From NCBI GenBank assembly GCA_964587045.1, contig CAZPJY010000007.1, positions 1 to 54,835 of the forward strand: DNA of 54,835 bases, in the 5' to 3' direction. Positions 53,878 to 54,835 of this stretch are shown in pieces. Positions within the stretch are counted from its first letter, which is position 1. The number at the start of each line of letters is the position of its first letter. The DNA is from an uncultured Methanosarcinales archaeon. Lineage in GTDB: Archaea; Nanobdellota; Nanobdellia; Woesearchaeales; CAZPJY01. The notes under the pieces are model-generated. The model was not told the origin of the DNA and made no database searches. It saw nothing but the letters and a program-made list of their open reading frames with translations. The position numbers and the translations under genes were made by a program.

Positions 53878-53950
53878 TGGACTCGCCGGGAATTGAACCC
53901 GGAATCTCCGCCTTGCGAAGGCGACGTCATAGCCGTTAGACCACGAGCCC
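53878..53950 (-). tRNA. tRNA-Ala(CGC), no intron
   Basis: GGGCTCG...TCGCC TT CGC AA GGCGG...GGTTCAATTCC...CGAGTCC-A, with the G3:U70 alanine identity pair. Confidence 0.95.
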
Positions 53951-54027
53951 TCGGCTACGGAGAACAGGCCGTGAGTTTAAATAATTTTTCAAAACTAATA
54001 TATAGCTCGTGGGCTTATGTTCCTACC

Positions 54028-54459
54028 ATGTGGAAGGTTACCAAGGCGCTTCACCTCATTGTTGCAAAGAGGTTCGACAGGGCTAGGGAACTGCTCGCCG
54101 AGGTGCTGGAGGAGGATGGAAAGAACGTGACGGCGCTTGCCGCCGTGTTCTACCTGGACGCCGAGGAAGGGGCGTACCTCGAGGCAGTGCAGACCCTTGA
54201 GCGCGTGAGGACTGAGCGGAGCAGGGCGGGCTTCGGCTGGTTCTTCAACACCTCGCTTAGGGACAAGGCCTCAAGCCTTGAACGGCAGTACAAGAGGGAC
54301 CTGAACATCCATCACATGATCTACTTCCTGGGCTGTGTCATGCTGCTTGGGAGCAGGAGGGGGGTCAGGAAGGCCAAGGAGGTGCTGCTCGGGCACTTGT
54401 CTGAGGTAAGGGAGCCCAGGCTTCGGGGGGAGCTTGAAAAACTCCTTAAAAAACTATGA
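54028..54459 (+). CDS. TPR-like helical protein
   Basis: Start MWKVTKA (the track ORF overlaps the tRNA); FDRARELLAEVLEEDGKNVTAL. Confidence 0.65.
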   Translation: MWKVTKALHLIVAKRFDRARELLAEVLEEDGKNVTALAAVFYLDAEEGAYLEAVQTLERVRTERSRAGFGWFFNTSLRDKASSLERQYKRDLNIHHMIYFLGCVMLLGSRRGVRKAKEVLLGHLSEVREPRLRGELEKLLKKL

Positions 54460-54524
54460 TTTTTACTATAAAACAGTGGTAACAAACGCAACATTTATAT
54501 AGTAGAAGCGCTCCTTTCTCCTGT

Positions 54525-54835
54525 ATGAACCTAAAAACCATAGTCTTGCTGACAGGACTGGGCATGGCAGCGCCAATCGTGGCTCCGGTAGCTCAGAACA
54601 CCGTCATGGCGCAGGACGCCAGGTCCGAGCAGTACCAGAAGGGAAGAGGGCTATATCTTGATGGTATCGTACTTATGGGCACTGGCAGGATCCAAGAGAA
54701 TGGACAAATCGAAAGGTACTCACGTTCAGCGCAGGCTTTCAACCGGGCAGAAAACATCTTTGGTGCGCTGGCAGATATTGATCCCAATTACGCAAACGGC
54801 AAGGCTTTGGAGCTGCAGATCCTGTCTTCCTTGGC
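54525..54835 (+). CDS. Secreted TPR-like protein, runs off the window
   Basis: MNLKTIVLLTGLGMAAPIVAPVAQNTVMA signal, open to the window end; TTTATATA box upstream. Confidence 0.65.
   Translation, partial: MNLKTIVLLTGLGMAAPIVAPVAQNTVMAQDARSEQYQKGRGLYLDGIVLMGTGRIQENGQIERYSRSAQAFNRAENIFGALADIDPNYANGKALELQILSSL

Noticed and set aside
53893..54027. Extended start of the TPR-like ORF
   Set aside because: Antisense to tRNA-Ala; TATA spacing favours ATG 54028.
1..54835. CRISPR array, IS element, integrase, rRNA
   Set aside because: No regularly spaced repeats, recognisable transposase/integrase motifs or rRNA-like stretch seen.

Overview
Gene-dense chromosomal segment of an archaeon, most consistent with a DPANN (Woesearchaeota/Nanobdellota-like) lineage. 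The evidence is TFB, Rpo4, eL15/eL21/eL31/eL39/eS19, PDCD5, the SepF-ZPR1 pair, tandem Lrp, two TrmB regulators, EndoQ, Lhr, and archaeal TATA-type promoters (many apparently leaderless). It holds three intron-less tRNAs (Leu-TAA, Ser-TGA, Ala-CGC), a sugar-activation cluster (PGI/PMI, RHH-fused NDP-sugar pyrophosphorylase, PMM/PGM) next to a 2601-aa PGF-pre-PGF surface glycoprotein, and several ORFan patches. I found no CRISPR array, integrase, transposase, reverse transcriptase or rRNA. Best leads: (1) a twin-arginine-signal AmmeMemoRadiSam radical SAM enzyme tail-to-tail with a membrane-embedded spermidine-synthase-like protein whose catalytic domain appears to face outward, suggesting extracytoplasmic SAM chemistry; (2) a three-way-junction RNA leader on the DEAD-box helicase; (3) a recurring 15-bp TAYCACT-based motif at promoters, including both trmB genes; (4) a tandem RsbW-like HATPase; (5) an Ig-repeat lipoprotein ending in an orphan beta-strand; (6) a stand-alone HPF/RaiA-like protein among ribosomal genes. 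All family calls come from motif recognition by eye, not database searches.
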